This document shows positions 40,423 to 54,972 of a stretch of 64,000 nucleotides of DNA, piece by piece. Made by a program: the position numbers and the translations under genes. The DNA lies in NCBI GenBank assembly GCA_951406725.2, contig OX597816.1, forward strand, positions 21,948,001 through 22,012,000, written 5' to 3'. Positions within the stretch are counted from its first letter, which is position 1. Every line of letters starts with the position of its first letter. The notes beneath the pieces are model-generated. The model saw nothing but the letters and a program-made list of their open reading frames with translations. It made no database searches and was not told where the DNA came from. The DNA comes from Octopus vulgaris. Lineage: Eukaryota.

Positions 40423-40735
40423 ATATTTATATATATACATATATGCATATGTTTTTATATATAATTTTGTTTCTTGTATTTACATTCGTGTGGCATCCTG
40501 TTTTTGTACCGTATACATTCGACCCTCTTTCCAAGAAATCCAATGCCTGTGGCTTGGATTTTCCTTGGGGCTGGCCGGATCGGAGTGATATCGAGATTAA
40601 ACAGCCGAAATTACTAAGATGATCCGGTTCTCGACTGAAGATTAGAGGCTTCGAGTGACCCGTCGGTTTTTTGTGTCGTCTCCTTGTCTGTTTCTGCGTT
40701 CTTGTCCCACTTTGTAATTTATATTTTATATTAAA

Positions 40736-41120
40736 CTAGCAGTATCGCCCGGCGTTGCTCAGGTTTGTAAGGGAAATAACTATAAAGCATTTTTAGAGAG
40801 TTATAGCCAAAAAATAGCAAAAAAATGGAAAAAAAATTATGGTAAATTTTTTTTTGAGAGTAAAAAAAGGTTGAGTTGCGTCCCCTAGACAGTCTGTGGT
40901 TTGTTTTTTTTGATTCTCGACCCCATGTCGAATTTATCGATTTTTTCAGAACTGGGGTTAACTTTTCAAAATTTTCGCTGCGTTAGTTTTGAATTATGAC
41001 ATTGGGCTATGTGTGTGTCAAGTTTCATCAGAATCGGTTGAAAGCCGTGGTCAGGGTGAGGGTACGAGAAAACAGACACACAGAAACACGCACAGACAAA
41101 CTGCCGTTTATATATAGAGA
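40736..41120 (-). mobile_element. Non-autonomous Helitron
   Basis: 5' TC, 3' hairpin CCTGAGCAACGCCGGG then CTAG, inserted between A and T. Confidence 0.85.
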
Positions 41121-41152
41121 TATTCTATATATATATATATATACATATATAT

Positions 41153-41249
<97 letters not shown>

Positions 41250-42078
41250 CATTCTATGTTTATCTGTGCGTTTATCTGTGTGTGGCTGTCTTTTGCGTTT
41301 TCAATTTGCATTCTTTTTTTGGTCTTACGGTGGAATACAAATTCTCCTCCGTGTTAAAGGATTTCTGGCTTCTTCTGTCTAGATGTGTCCGATTGTGGTT
41401 TCATTTGTTTGGCTTTTTTAAATCCATATTACATTGTATTCGATTTCAAATCATCGTTATATTAAGGTCAGTGAAGTCGATGTCAGCAAAATTTACTTGT
41501 CCTCTTACACGTTTGTAGAGGAGCTGATACGGAAGATTATTAAAACATGTGACTCCCTCCGCGGTCGATTTTTACCTTTGTTCTTTCCTAGTTTATCATA
41601 AACGAGAGCACGAGTGTAGTTTTGCTACAAAGTGTCAAAAATGATATTAAAAAGATAGTCCATGATCCTATGTTGGATATCGTTAAATTGTCGTTGTTAA
41701 AAGTAAATTTCTATGCAATATTGATTAGGATTTAATTAATCTTTTTTCACTCAGGAGAAAAGAGGATATTAGCCTTCCGGTTATATTAGAAATTTTCTCT
41801 TACGCCTCTCAGAACACCATAGATATTGCCGCTTGGAAGATCATTTGCGTTTTATTCGATGAGTATTAAGCATTGAGATTGGCGTTTATGTGCTGATCTG
41901 TTATCTTTTGTCTTTAATTTGTTTCAGTTAATGGATCGCGGCCATGTTGGGGCACTCCCATGTATATTTTAATCTAACGAGTCGAACCTAGTACGCTAAG
42001 TTATAGAGACGTAGACAAGACAACATTTGTTGTCAAGCGATGTGTATATATGTATATATGCATGCATGTATGTATGCA

Positions 42079-42187
<109 letters not shown>

Positions 42188-42352
42188 GAGAGAGTGTCAG
42201 ACAGACATATAGATAGCTAGATGCTCCGTCTATCAAATTCATTAATAACTCGTAGGATTTTGGTTGGCATACGTTGAAAATTGCTGACAAAATTAACTAC
42301 TATCTTTTTTTTCTCCTCACAATGATTCTGAAATGCACACACACTCACACCC

Positions 42353-42465
<113 letters not shown>

Positions 42466-42499
42466 ATATATGTGCATATATATATATGTATGTGTGTGC

Positions 42500-42537
<38 letters not shown>

Positions 42538-42582
42538 TTGATAGACGGAGTATCTAGCTATCTATATGTCTGTCTGACTATC

Positions 42583-42767
42583 TCCGTCTGGCACCTGTGC
42601 GGGTGGCACGTAAAAAGCACCCACTACACTCATGGAGTGGTTGGCGTTAGGAAGGGCATCCAGCCGTAGAAACACTGCCAAATCTGACTGGGCCTGATGC
42701 AGCCTTCCGGCTTCACAGACCCCAGTTGAACCGTCCAACCCATGCTAGCATGGAAAGCGGACGCTAA

Positions 42768-42799
<32 letters not shown>

Positions 42800-42800
42800 A
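42583..42800 (+). mobile_element. RTE-related non-autonomous retroposon 3' part
   Basis: GTTGGCGTTAGGAAGGGCATCCAGCCGTAGAAAC motif and GCATGGAAAGCGGACGCTAAA(TGA)n tail. Confidence 0.7.
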
Positions 42801-42817
42801 TATATATATATATACAC

Positions 42818-42868
<51 letters not shown>

Positions 42869-42870
42869 AT

Positions 42871-43729
42871 ATATATGCATATATTTTATTAACATATTAT
42901 ACGACTAAACGCACGCACCCTATTAAGTAAGATTGTTCTGTTTATCAAGTTCGCCTTGATATTAACTCTCACGCGACTCTGCATCTTTCTTTCTTTCTCT
43001 CCCATTCCCTTTTTCGTCTTTTTTCCCTCACTTAACTTGTCTCTTCCTCTCTCTCTCCCCCTCACTGTTCTTCATGGTCTCCTCGCACCATTCCCCTTCT
43101 TCTCTCTCTTCCTCTTGCTCCTCCTCCCCCATTCCCGTCGTCCATCTGCGACGATACTTCCGTCGTAACTGCCATCCTGTCCTTTCTCGCCCGCCTTCTA
43201 AGGCTACTGGTCGACATCTTCCTCTCTCGTCGTCCACTATAATCCAGCGTTTGCAATACTTTTTTCGTCTGGCGTTAACAGCCCTTCTTATCTTGTTCTC
43301 CTTGTCCTGTCTCTCACTGTTATATATTTATTTTTCCACTGTTTATATATATATTTTTTACTGTTTATATGTTTGTACTGTCGTTACCGTCTTGCTTTTT
43401 TTACCCCTCTGCGAAAAGATCTCAGAATTTTAATTGATTTGCTTTTCTCAGGAAGGAATTTTTCTTCGAAGTATACGTCTCGCTTTTATCCTTCGAAACG
43501 TTTAGTAGATGAAACTTTAGCGACTGAAGAAGGGGATTTTTCGTTGTGCATATTGTCCTGTATCTCCTTTTTTTTGCCTGTCTTGTTCCTTGGTTTGTGT
43601 CTATGTTTTTGGTCTCTCTATGTGTTCGACGTCTTTTTGGTGTCCTGTACACATATATGCGTGTATATGTACATGTAGAGGTAGGTACGTACATATATGT
43701 TTATATATATATGCATATATTTTATTAAC

Positions 43730-43733
<4 letters not shown>
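42871..43733 (+). mobile_element. TA-flanked repeat family P2 with 27-bp terminal direct repeat
   Basis: ATATATGCATATATTTTATTAACATAT at 42871-42897 and 43707-43733; partial copies at 49110-49330 (+) and 51385-51620 (-). Confidence 0.65.
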
Positions 43734-43760
<27 letters not shown>

Positions 43761-43865
43761 CAGAGAGAGAGAGAGAGACACACACATACACACACATCTA
43801 CACACACACATATATACTCACACATATCTAAACAAACAGAAAAATATAATTATATATCTGCACAG

Positions 43866-44029
43866 GCGTAGGAGTGGCTGAGTGGTAAGTAGCTTCCTTG
43901 TCAACCACATGGTTCTGGGTTCAGTCCCACTGCGTGGCACCTTGGGCAAGTGTCTTCTACTATAGCCTCGGTCCGACCAAATCCTTGTGAGTGGACTTGG
44001 TTGACAGAAACTGAAACAAGTCCATCGTA

Positions 44030-44071
<42 letters not shown>

Positions 44072-44278
44072 CGTGTGTGTGTGGGGTGTGAATGTATTTG
44101 TGTGTGTGTATGTTTGTGTGTCTTTGATTGTGCCCTCAACATCGCTTGACAACCGATGCTGGTGTGTTTACGTGCCCGTAATCTAGCAGCTCGGCACAAT
44201 AGACCGATAGAATAAGTACTGGTCGATTTGCTCGAATAAAGTCGTTGCTGCAGCCTGGCCACAGTCAAATGACTGAAG
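43866..44278 (+). mobile_element. SINE family A
   Basis: Full copy with small 3' deletions. Confidence 0.88.
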
Positions 44279-44489
44279 CACACACATCGATATATACATA
44301 TATATATATGTAGACAATTTGGTACACACACACACATACATACCCGCACGTACACACACACACATATATATGTAGTAAATATAGAGAGACACACTCATGC
44401 ATACATACTTATATGAACACACACATCAATAAACGAACAGATAAATATAATTATATATCTGCACATATATACACCATATATACATTCGC

Positions 44490-44860
44490 TATGATAGATC
44501 GCTAGCCACTACACGTTCTTTATTTTCTCTCCTTGTTTCTTACTGTGTTCCTGTTATGTCGCACGTTCGGACGCCTTCTACTACTCTACTTTGACTCTAC
44601 TACTCAACTCTTCTCTGCTCGCCTCCTCCGACTGCTACTCAACTCAATTCTACTACTACTTTCTCTGTTCAAGTCTTCACACTCTATATCTACGTATTGA
44701 GCTAGGCTACCACACAACAGTTCCTTTCTGTGCAAGAGCGTAGGCTCGAAACACTAAAGGCTTTTTCACTTCCAGAGCGTCATACTAATACATCTGTTTG
44801 TTGTCTACACCATCTGTCTTCTTCTTTTGTTTCTTCGTTATTTTGTCAATTTTCCACATA
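44490..44860 (+). mobile_element. Penelope-like fragment P1 (hammerhead-like at 44723-44760), split by a solo LTR
   Basis: CCTTT-CTGTGCA-A-GAGCGTAGGCTC-GAAA-CA-CT-AAAGG; flanks rejoin to match 16220-16370. Confidence 0.65.
44552..44719. mobile_element. Solo LTR, 168 bp
   Basis: TGTTATGT...ACACAACA termini, 5-bp TSD GTTCC (44547-44551 and 44720-44724); absent from other P1 copies. Confidence 0.8.
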
Positions 44861-45812
44861 TATACATACACACAGACACACACCTGACACACTCACACAT
44901 ACATACAGACAGACACACGCATATATATATATATATGCAGATAGTTGAGCACATATATACATATATACATTGAGTGCGTCTCTTTGTGTGTATATCTCCT
45001 TGTATTTGCCTGTGAAAATAAATACACGAAATCTTTTGCCTAAGAGTAATATGGCTTTAGTATCAGAAGACTTAATTATAACATAGCAGCCTCCAGGTTG
45101 GCTGTTTTTCAATTTGTTTTTTCAGTTGTACATATTTAAGTTTACATAATTCGAGATATATATAATAAAAGTTCTTCACTGAACTATGACTCTATAGTTT
45201 CATAACTCAATGTTTAGAGTCATTATTCATTAGTCATCCAGTATTCACTTATTCATTACAAAAATATTATCAAGCAGCTTTTGTTTCCATATTCCGTTGT
45301 AGAGAAAGTCTATTCAACATGATTTAATTATCATTATATATGTTTTGCTTTGGTTTGATTTTAATTTTTAATTTTAACTCATTAATTAATTACGCAATAG
45401 AAGATTCGCAACGCTCACACAGACACACACATAGGAAAACACGAATACTCATACACGCATACAGACAGATACACACACATGCACACATCTGTACACATAA
45501 ATACGCACACAAATATATATATGTATATGTAAATGTATATAGAAATATATATGTAAATTTATATATATATATATATATATACATGCATATATATATATTC
45601 ATACATATATACACACATACATATACATATATATGCACGCACACACGCATGAGCACACGCACGTACATACGTATGGACACACACATACATGCATAAACTT
45701 ACACATTCAAGAATGCTCCAACATTTACATATATTTTTATTTCGTCCCCCCCTCTCTTTCGCTTTCTTTCTCTCTTTGTATAATACGTGTGTCAATGAAC
45801 GCAACAGCTCGA

Positions 45813-45950
<138 letters not shown>

Positions 45951-45975
45951 GAATGTATATATATGTATGTGTATA

Positions 45976-46027
<52 letters not shown>

Positions 46028-46804
46028 TGTACGTTATTTTTGTATGTAGAAGTCTGATGTCCACAGAACTGTGCGCTCCAATATGGATTCTCTCTTGTGT
46101 ATGCATATGCATCCTTACATATCTGCTCGTGCGTACATTTATGTATGAGCTGATGAGGACGCATCGGTCTTTAATACATGCGTGCGTGTGTATGCGAGCT
46201 CTCACTGAAATATACAGTTTTCTATTTTTCTAATTAATTTTTGAATTTTACAACTTAATAATCTTGGTTTTATTTTGTTTGCTAATTTCTTCTAAAAGTG
46301 GTATCTTAGTTTCAATTTTCACTTTACCTTAATTAACATTTATAGGATTCTTTCAAAATCTTACTATTCAGAAAATTTCGAACAAGAATAATCATTGCAT
46401 TTTTAGCATTTGTAGTCAGAATCTTATCGGAGCTTTTGTTTATTTATTACACCGATGCGACATACTTCTTTAGCAATTTATCTTTATCTGTTGCGTTTCT
46501 TTCCTCATTTGCATTACGAAGCAATTTCATTTCTTTTTCTTTTTCCTTCTATTTTTCTTCCATGTCTGTGTTTGTTATGCTTGTTTGCATTACGAGGACA
46601 TGAAGCGTATAATGCCACTGCAAACTGTAAAAACCACACAGCTGATGCCTTAGAACTACTCATTCAGGGAAATGCAATTTTGAAAGTGATAGCATGATAC
46701 TTCATTCTTGAAGGTTTCTATTTCAAAATATTTTGCATGTTAACGATACATATTGTAATATCCTGCATAATTAAACAGTGCTAAAAAATATATATATATA
46801 TGTT

Positions 46805-46860
<56 letters not shown>

Positions 46861-47472
46861 TATATACATATACATAAAAGTGTGTGTTTGTTATGCATGT
46901 ATATATGCAAACATACACGTGTGTGTTGGTCTGTGTTTGTCTGTATGTGACTAAAGAATTAAAACTTTTTAGAATTGTCCTCTATGTTAGTAGGCTGTGT
47001 GTAGGTTGTAAGTTTGTAGCTTTCTGCGTGTGTAGTCCATGTTCTGGGTTCGCTTTTCTGAATTTTACCACAAATATTTTTGGTAGCATGAGTTTTTTAT
47101 TCTGTCACGCTTTTGATTCTGTCTCATCTATCACTGAACACTCAGCCCAATAACGGGTTATCCCATGAATAATGCCGTTTATTAAATTGCTTGAACTAAA
47201 ATCGGACGGGGACAGGGGTAAACTATCTGCATCAACTTACTATAAAACCAGGTAGTAATTTCAACTTGTCCTTATTTTTAGTCCGAGTTTTGAAGAGTGC
47301 AGATGGATTTTAACAATTATCATTTCAACTTTTTTCCTTTGTTAATCCTTACAATAAATTACATGTCACAAGGAGCTCCTGCACAAAAAGAATTATATCC
47401 CATATCGTTCTCATATTTTTTCTTCGTAGTTCACGTGGTAAATATCATATATTTTGGGGTCTAATGATACGC

Positions 47473-47509
<37 letters not shown>

Positions 47510-47918
47510 TGGCGGCCAAAATGTTCAGAACGGCATTGTTTTCGTCAGGAAAGTAGATATTATTTTTTATCAAAGTTGTTTTATATACTATGATTTTCAC
47601 AGACAATAAATATGATATTATTTGTTATTGCCTGAGATTTTGCTGGTAAGTAAGTGGTAAGTAAGCGGTAAGAAGTTATTGCCTCATAAATGATTTTCGT
47701 ATTTTGAAAGAGGTGTATTGCCTCATAAATGTTTATTTGTAATGAATGTAAGATGTTTGTTGCCTCGAATATGTAACCTAAAAAGAACAATGTTCTCGGG
47801 TAGACAGCAATCGGCGGGCGTTGCTTGTTGCCCTCTTTTATTTATTTCGTTAGTAATTTCATATCACCATGTCTTCGTCCATCCCGTAACTTCCTTTCTT
47901 TGTAAGGCCTGAATAAAA

Positions 47919-48040
47919 GTAGCTTGCTTAGCAACCACATGGTTCCGGGTTCATTCAAGTGTCTTCTACTATAGCCTCGATCCGAGCAAAGCCTTGTGAG
48001 TAGAGTAGATTTGGTTGACGGAAACTGAAAGAAGCCCGTC

Positions 48041-48084
<44 letters not shown>

Positions 48085-48085
48085 G

Positions 48086-48136
<51 letters not shown>

Positions 48137-48350
48137 ATGTGTGCGTATAAGATTGTGTGTCTTTGTCCCCCAACATCGTTTGACAACCGACGCAGGTGTC
48201 TTTATGTCCTCGTAATTTAGCGGTTCGGCAAAAGAGACCCGCAAGAATAAATACTAGGCTTACAAAGAATAAATCCTGGGGTCTATTTGTTCGACTAAAG
48301 GCGGTGCTCCAGAATGGCCGCAGTCAAATGACTGAAACCAGTAAAAGAGT
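47919..48350 (+). mobile_element. SINE family A (partial head)
   Basis: Body, microsatellite and T4 tail match. Confidence 0.85.
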
Positions 48351-48358
48351 ATATACGT

Positions 48359-48413
<55 letters not shown>

Positions 48414-49339
48414 CAGAGAGAGAGAGCAAAACGACGAAATTTTGCACTGTTGCCCCTGCCAAACACACACTCAGTAACTGGGGTTGAATATATTTCCTTT
48501 AGATGACATTGGGAATGAACGAGCGAATAAATACAAATACGAAATTTGCGTAGCGAGAATACGAAGAACAAAAAGGAGTGTGTTAACCCTAATAAGACAC
48601 GATCATCAAAACTGCTATACTTGACATCTCAGATCTGTTTCGATGAGAGTAGACAATAGCACCTTCAAATAACCACATCAGTATCCTGATAGAACTTTCA
48701 CCAAAGAGACAGTACAACAGAAGTGGAATGGAAGCATTTAACATAACGTGCCAGATATATCATCACGCGTTTTCTTTGAGTGCAAAGCACACAAGCGTTA
48801 ACTGTTAAGATATTTGAGAAAGCAGCTAACATTTATGACGTTTACTGAATATATCAATCGTAATTTATCATAAAAGGATTAATCAGACACTGTAACGCCC
48901 TATTTCCATCAATCTGGCATTAACAGGACGCATATTTTCTTTGTAATTCTGGTATATTTTTTATTGATAGTTTAATTTCGTCTCTCTAAAGGAACTCCTT
49001 TATTGTAACTTTTAATACCAATCCCTTCAAATCTCTGCAATGCAAGCTTCCATAATACCCTAGTCACATTTAGTGACATTTGTATATATACATTTATATA
49101 CATATATATATAGGGGAATTTTCCTTGTGTAGTTTGTCTTGTACTCTGTTTTTTCCTTGTTAAAAAAGGTCCGTTTCCATGTTTGTTTTTACGTTTTCGT
49201 TTCTCGTTGAGTTCTACGTCTATTTGTGGTGTCCTGTACTCACGTATACATATTTATATATGCATGTATATATGCATGTAGATGTAGGTACGTACATATA
49301 TGTATGTATGTATGCATATATTTTATTTATTACACTATA

Positions 49340-49404
<65 letters not shown>

Positions 49405-49409
49405 AACTA

Positions 49410-49638
49410 AATAAGGGTAGAAATTGATATTAATCAATTAAAACCAGTGGCCTAAAATATTTGAAATAATCCGAAGATTAGAAATATTTTTTTACATATA
49501 AAATTTAAAGGACTGATCACTAAAAGTGGACAGTCTATATGCTAGATATAGATGTCAAGATCGCTATTTTCCACGAAGAATGTGTTCTCAAGAAACAACT
49601 CAGGTTTTTTGCTGAGTTTTTTTCTTGAGAACACATTC
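49410..49638 (-). mobile_element. Penelope-like fragment P3 ending in a 26-bp hairpin
   Basis: 49505-49602 similar to 63546-63641; arms 49578-49603 / 49612-49638. Confidence 0.6.
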
Positions 49639-49916
49639 AATATTCACGTACACATGCATGCGTAGATGCGTCTCTGCCTTTGTTTACGGTCATGATATTG
49701 TTGATACGTGTGTTTCTAAGCATCACAACCCCATAAAATAGGTCCCCTCTAAGTACTTCGGTATTCTAACACATCCTCGTGAAGCTGGACTCAAACATTG
49801 TGTTATGGTATTAATATTGCTCCTCTCGCTATTATAGACTTTGTGTGGCAGGTGCGCGTGTATATTATGTGTGTTTGCATGTATGTCCTTGTCTATGTTT
49901 GTGTATACTTATGTGT

Positions 49917-50300
49917 GTGGAGGCGCAATGGCCCAGTGGTTAGGGCAGCGGACTCGCGGTTGTAGGATCACGGTTTCGATTCCCAGACCGGGCATTGTGA
50001 GTGTTTATTGAGCGAAAACACCTAAAGCGCCACGACGCTCCGGCAGGGATGGTGGTGTTCCCTGCTGTACTCTTTCACCACAACTTTCTCTCACTCTTAC
50101 TTCCTGTCTCTCTTGTACCTGTATTTCAAAGGACCGGCCTTGTCACTCTCTGTGTCACGCTGAATATCCCCGAGAACTACGTTAAGGGTACACGTGTCTG
50201 TGGAGTGCTCCGCCACTTACACGTTAATTTCACGAGCAGGCTGTTCCGTTGATTCGGATCAACCGGAACCCTCGTCGTCGTAACCGACGGAGTGCTTCCA
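49917..50300 (+). mobile_element. SINE, head C plus tail T2
   Basis: Full copy ending GGAGTGCTTCCA; 12-bp TSD ATACTTATGTGT. Confidence 0.92.
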
Positions 50301-51184
50301 TCCATACTTATGTGTTTGTATGTGTGTGATTGTGAGTACCTACGTGTGTGTGAGTGTTAGTGCTCGCGTGGGTGTGGTGAGTGTGTGCGCGTATATTTAT
50401 GTGCCTGATAATGGAATGAACAACGCAGATTGTTACTTTCATTTACCAGCAGGAACATTGCTGAAGCATTATTTTAAAATATAATTTAACATAACATATC
50501 AATTATTGTTAACAATATTCCAACAAGGCAGGTGAATTACATCTCTTCGGGTGGGCTAGCCATATATATAATGCATTTGCGGAATCATTCCACTGAATAT
50601 ATTACCGTCGATCTATACTATATTTAGTAATTGATAATGTAATCAAAACAAAAAACAAAAGGCAAAACTACATGAGCCATTTCAACATAAATGGAAATTA
50701 AGCGGCACTGGGCAGGAATTTTAGGATTAAGATTAACAATATAAGCAAAATATACATGAATATCTAGTAACGTATATAAGAAAAAAATTACCAGATACAA
50801 CTTAACCTTTTAACTCTGTTGATGTTGGCAGATTTATTGTTTCAAGACAACCACCAGTCGCCTTTCACATATCATCACAGCATCGTCCAGTGTGGTCCAC
50901 TTAATGCTGTTTAGTTGCTAGTTTATGACTCACGAGCCATATCAGCTGTTTGTATATTTATTGTTGTTGTAAGCTATCAGATTGACCGGTAAAATAGCGA
51001 ACACACACAAACACAAACACACAATTCATGCAGCGAACTAATATGTTCCATGTGCACGTCCTCTTGTTGCTTAATTTTTGATGTTCGATTATTCGATTTC
51101 ACCATGTGTATGTATATATACACACACACACCCACACACATATATATATATATATCGGAAGGTTTGGAGATGATGTACAGGTAT

Positions 51185-51341
51185 TATATATTAGAAAAAA
51201 TGAGGTAATCAGAAATCCCATTAGATTGGGAGAAAGCGCTATTCCGAATGATATGATCTTAATGATATGATATATATGTAAAAAATGTAATATATAACTA
51301 AATATCTACAAATATGAACCATCTGATCTGATTACCTCATT

Positions 51342-51355
<14 letters not shown>
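51185..51355. mobile_element. MITE-like element with perfect 29-bp inverted termini
   Basis: TATATATTAGAAAAAATGAGGTAATCAGA (51185-51213) / reverse complement at 51327-51355. Confidence 0.65.
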
Positions 51356-51387
<32 letters not shown>

Positions 51388-51772
51388 GAACAATCTTACT
51401 TAGAAAGGGATGCGTGCGTTCCGTCATATAATATATTAATAAATAAAACATATGCATATATATATATACATATATGTACGTACCTACCTCTACATGTATA
51501 TATACACGCATATATGAGTACAGGACACCAAAAAAAAAACGTCGAACACAATGAGAAACGAAAACATAGACACAAACCCAAGGAACTGGACATTTTTCTT
51601 AAACAACAAAAAAATAGAGTATAAATATATCTATAATGAAAATATACAGCAGTTTGAAATATTTTACCAGAAAGGAAAACTATAATTCTCAATAAACATG
51701 AGTTGGAACATCCACATTACTAGAAGGTAGTGATGTACATGTTTCTAACACTCTGGTCATGTTTAGTGACAA

Positions 51773-51807
<35 letters not shown>

Positions 51808-51984
51808 TGTGTGTCTGTGTGTCTGTGTGTCTGTGTGTCTGTGTGTGTCTATGTGTGTGTCTGTGTGTCTGTGTACATTCACATAAACATACATATGCTG
51901 ATATATTTATCCATCTGCATTCATGTACACATTACCCACAAACTAATATATGTGTCTATGTATAAACAGTATATATTCCTTTTT

Positions 51985-52149
51985 TATTCTTTTATTTGTT
52001 TTAGCCGACTTATTCTTTGTAAGCCTAGTACTCATTCTATCGGTGTCTTTTGCCGAATCGCTATATTACTGGTACGTAAACACACCGACATCGGTTTCAA
52101 GCGATGGTTGGGTGAGAAACACAGATATATACACACACACACACACATT

Positions 52150-52233
<84 letters not shown>

Positions 52234-52793
52234 CGCAGGAGTGGCTGTGTGGTAAGTAGCTTGTTTACCAACCACATGGTTCCGGGTTCAGTCCCACTGC
52301 GTGGCACCCTGGGCAAGTGTCTTCTACTATAGCCTCGAGCCGACCAAAGCCTCGTGAGTGGATTTGGTAGACGGAAACTGAAAGAAGCCCGTCGTATATA
52401 TGTATATATATGCGGGTGTGTGTGTTTATGTGTCTGTGTTTGTTACACCGATGCTTGACAACCGATGCTGGTGTGTTTATGTCCCCGTTACTTAGCTGTT
52501 CGGCAAAAGAGACCGATAGAATAAGTAGTACTGGGGTCGAGTTGCTCGATTAAAGGCGGGGCTCCAGCATGGCCTCAGTCAAATGACCGAAACAAGTAAA
52601 AGAGAGAGAGAGTAAAAGAGTATATGGCTGACGGGTTCCTTTCAGTTTTCCGTCAACCAAATCTACTCAGGGGGTTCTGGTCGGTCGGAGCGCTTTCGTA
52701 GAAAGCGCTCACCCAAGTTACTACACAGTGGGACTGAACCCAGAATCATATGATTTGGAAGCAAGCTTCTTACCACACAGCCACGCCTGCGCC
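51985..52793 (-). mobile_element. Older SINE A split by a younger SINE A
   Basis: 3' half 51985-52120, 5' half 52628-52793. Confidence 0.8.
52232..52620 (+). mobile_element. SINE family A nested in the (TA)n of an opposite-strand copy
   Basis: Full, close-to-consensus copy. Confidence 0.9.
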
Positions 52794-52853
52794 TACGTAC
52801 ACACCATCTCCCCGTTTCGTTTCCTTCATATTTCTTACACCTCTTTAGCGGAC

Positions 52854-53241
52854 TGGAAGCACTCCGTCGGTTACGACGATGAGGGTTCCGGTTGATCCGA
52901 ATCAACGGAACAGCCTGCTCGTGAAATTTACGTGTAAGTGGCTGAGCACTCCACAAATACGTGCACCCTTAACGTAGTTCTCGGGGATATTCAGCGTGAC
53001 ACAGAGAGTGACAAGGCCGCCCCTTGAAATACAGGTACAACAGAAACAGGAAGTAAGAGTGAGAGTGAGAGAAAGTTGTGGTGAAAGAGTACAGCAGGGA
53101 TCACCACCATCCCCTGCCGGAGTCTCGTGGAGCTTTTGGGTGTTTTCGCTCAATAAACACTCACAACGCCCGGTCTGGGAATCGAAACCACGATGCTATG
53201 GCCGCGAGTCCGCTGCCCTAACCACTGGGCCATTGTGCCTC
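52854..53241 (-). mobile_element. SINE, head C plus tail T2
   Basis: Matches 49917-50300. Confidence 0.92.
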
Positions 53242-53755
53242 TTTAGTAGTGCACGTATATATTAGAAATAGCGTTGTAACTTGCCAATGCTAAAACGCTT
53301 TCTCTAACTTCCATTAGTAAAACGTTTTCTTTTTATTCGTTTTTATTTTGATTGTCATCAACCGTAGATTGGCCGTTTTTGTATAAAATTAACCTCTATA
53401 AAAACACTGCTACTGAATCACGCGTTGCATTAGCTTAATACCAGTTGATCTTTTATTTAAGTCACGCAAAAGAATTCTCCATATATCTCTAAAGGACAAC
53501 GGCTTTTATTTTTATTTTTGCCTTCGATTCCTATATATTTCATCAATATATAAATATATGTACAGTACATTCGTTGTTGTTTGATTTTTCCATTTCTAAT
53601 ATGGGCAGCATTTTCAAGCTAATTTGTATATTAATTGAAAATTAATTTGCTATGTAATAATTACCAGTATGCTATAAATAAGTAAAATTCTTACAATCTG
53701 TTTTCAACCTGTTCATGTGAGCTATGTATACGTGTTTCTATATATATAAATATAA

Positions 53756-53843
<88 letters not shown>

Positions 53844-54040
53844 CAGCACGGACTTTGTCAGTGAACAGGTCGCGGATTTTAGCGACGAAAATATTTTGAC
53901 AAATTAAACTTAAATGTTGGAGTGAATCGAACGGCTTTTGTGTGTTTCTTAAATGGCTTATAAACACCTTCCACGCTGCAATTGTTTTCGTTTCAGCACA
54001 CGATCTCAGATCAAATTACTTGCTATGCGAGTACATCTCC

Positions 54041-54117
<77 letters not shown>

Positions 54118-54188
54118 CATTTATATATATATATATATATATACATACACACATACATACACTCACACACACACACAAACACGCACAC

Positions 54189-54225
<37 letters not shown>

Positions 54226-54230
54226 AGAGG

Positions 54231-54456
54231 CATCTATTATAGGATTCCTTACACGCTAGAGAGGACAGTTAGATTCCTGCCGAAGAAGACTTCGCCTAGA
54301 AAAATTATTTTATTTGCTAAAAAAAAGTCTGAAACCATTGGTCCAGGAGTTAGGTGGTAAATGTTTTTATGTTTTATTCCCTTCAAAATTTTATCCCTAA
54401 TAGGGGTTTGGAATTTAACTCTCCTCTCTAGCATGCAAGGAATCCTATGGTAGATG
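54231..54456. mobile_element. MITE-like element with 47-bp imperfect inverted arms
   Basis: 54231-54277 versus 54410-54456, 6 mismatches; TA-rich flanks. Confidence 0.7.
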
Positions 54457-54584
54457 ATTTGAGCTATATATACATGTTGGCTTTCACGTCGACTGGTACC
54501 AAATAATCCGTTAAACATAGCCTCGCTCCAAGAGGATGTAACTTATCTGTAGAAGAACTGGACAACTAAAAATCACGCGAGCAA

Positions 54585-54972
54585 TGGAAGCACTCCGTCG
54601 GTTCCGACGACGAGGGTTCCGGTTGATCCGAATCAACGGAACAGCCTGCTCGTGAAATTAACGTGTAAGTGGCTGAGCACTGCACAGACACGTGTACACT
54701 TAACGTAGTTCTCGGGGATATTCAGCGTGACACAGAGAGTGACAAGGCCGACCCTTTGAAATACAGGTACAACAGAAACAGGAAGTAAGAGAGAGAGAGA
54801 GAGAGAGTTGTGGTGAAAGAGTACAGCAGGGACCACCACCATCCCCTGCCGGAGCCTCGTGGAGCTTTTAGGTGTTTTCGCTCAATAAACACTCACAACG
54901 CCCGGTCTGGGAATACTACGATACTACGACCGCAAGTCCGCTGCCCTAACCACTGGGCCATTGCGCCTCCAC
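54585..54972 (-). mobile_element. SINE, head C plus tail T2
   Basis: Full copy; 12-bp TSD CACGCGAGCAAT. Confidence 0.92.

Noticed and set aside
41330-41560. Possible decayed GIY-YIG C-terminus (SFVWLFK..ILRSVKS..TCPL)
   Set aside because: Too degenerate to call without a profile search
46145-46180. CTGATGA-GGAC..GTCT hammerhead-like start
   Set aside because: No GAAA after stem II
46468-46628. Minus-strand exon-like segment with acceptor and GTATGT donor
   Set aside because: All three frames contain a stop; composition is low complexity
48620-48684. Minus-strand CTGATGT...GAAA-CAGATCTG
   Set aside because: Two core mismatches and no NUH site; at best a relic
49917-49995. tRNA-Arg-like sequence (also other C and D heads)
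   Set aside because: Always continues into a SINE body, often with TSDs; not a standalone tRNA gene
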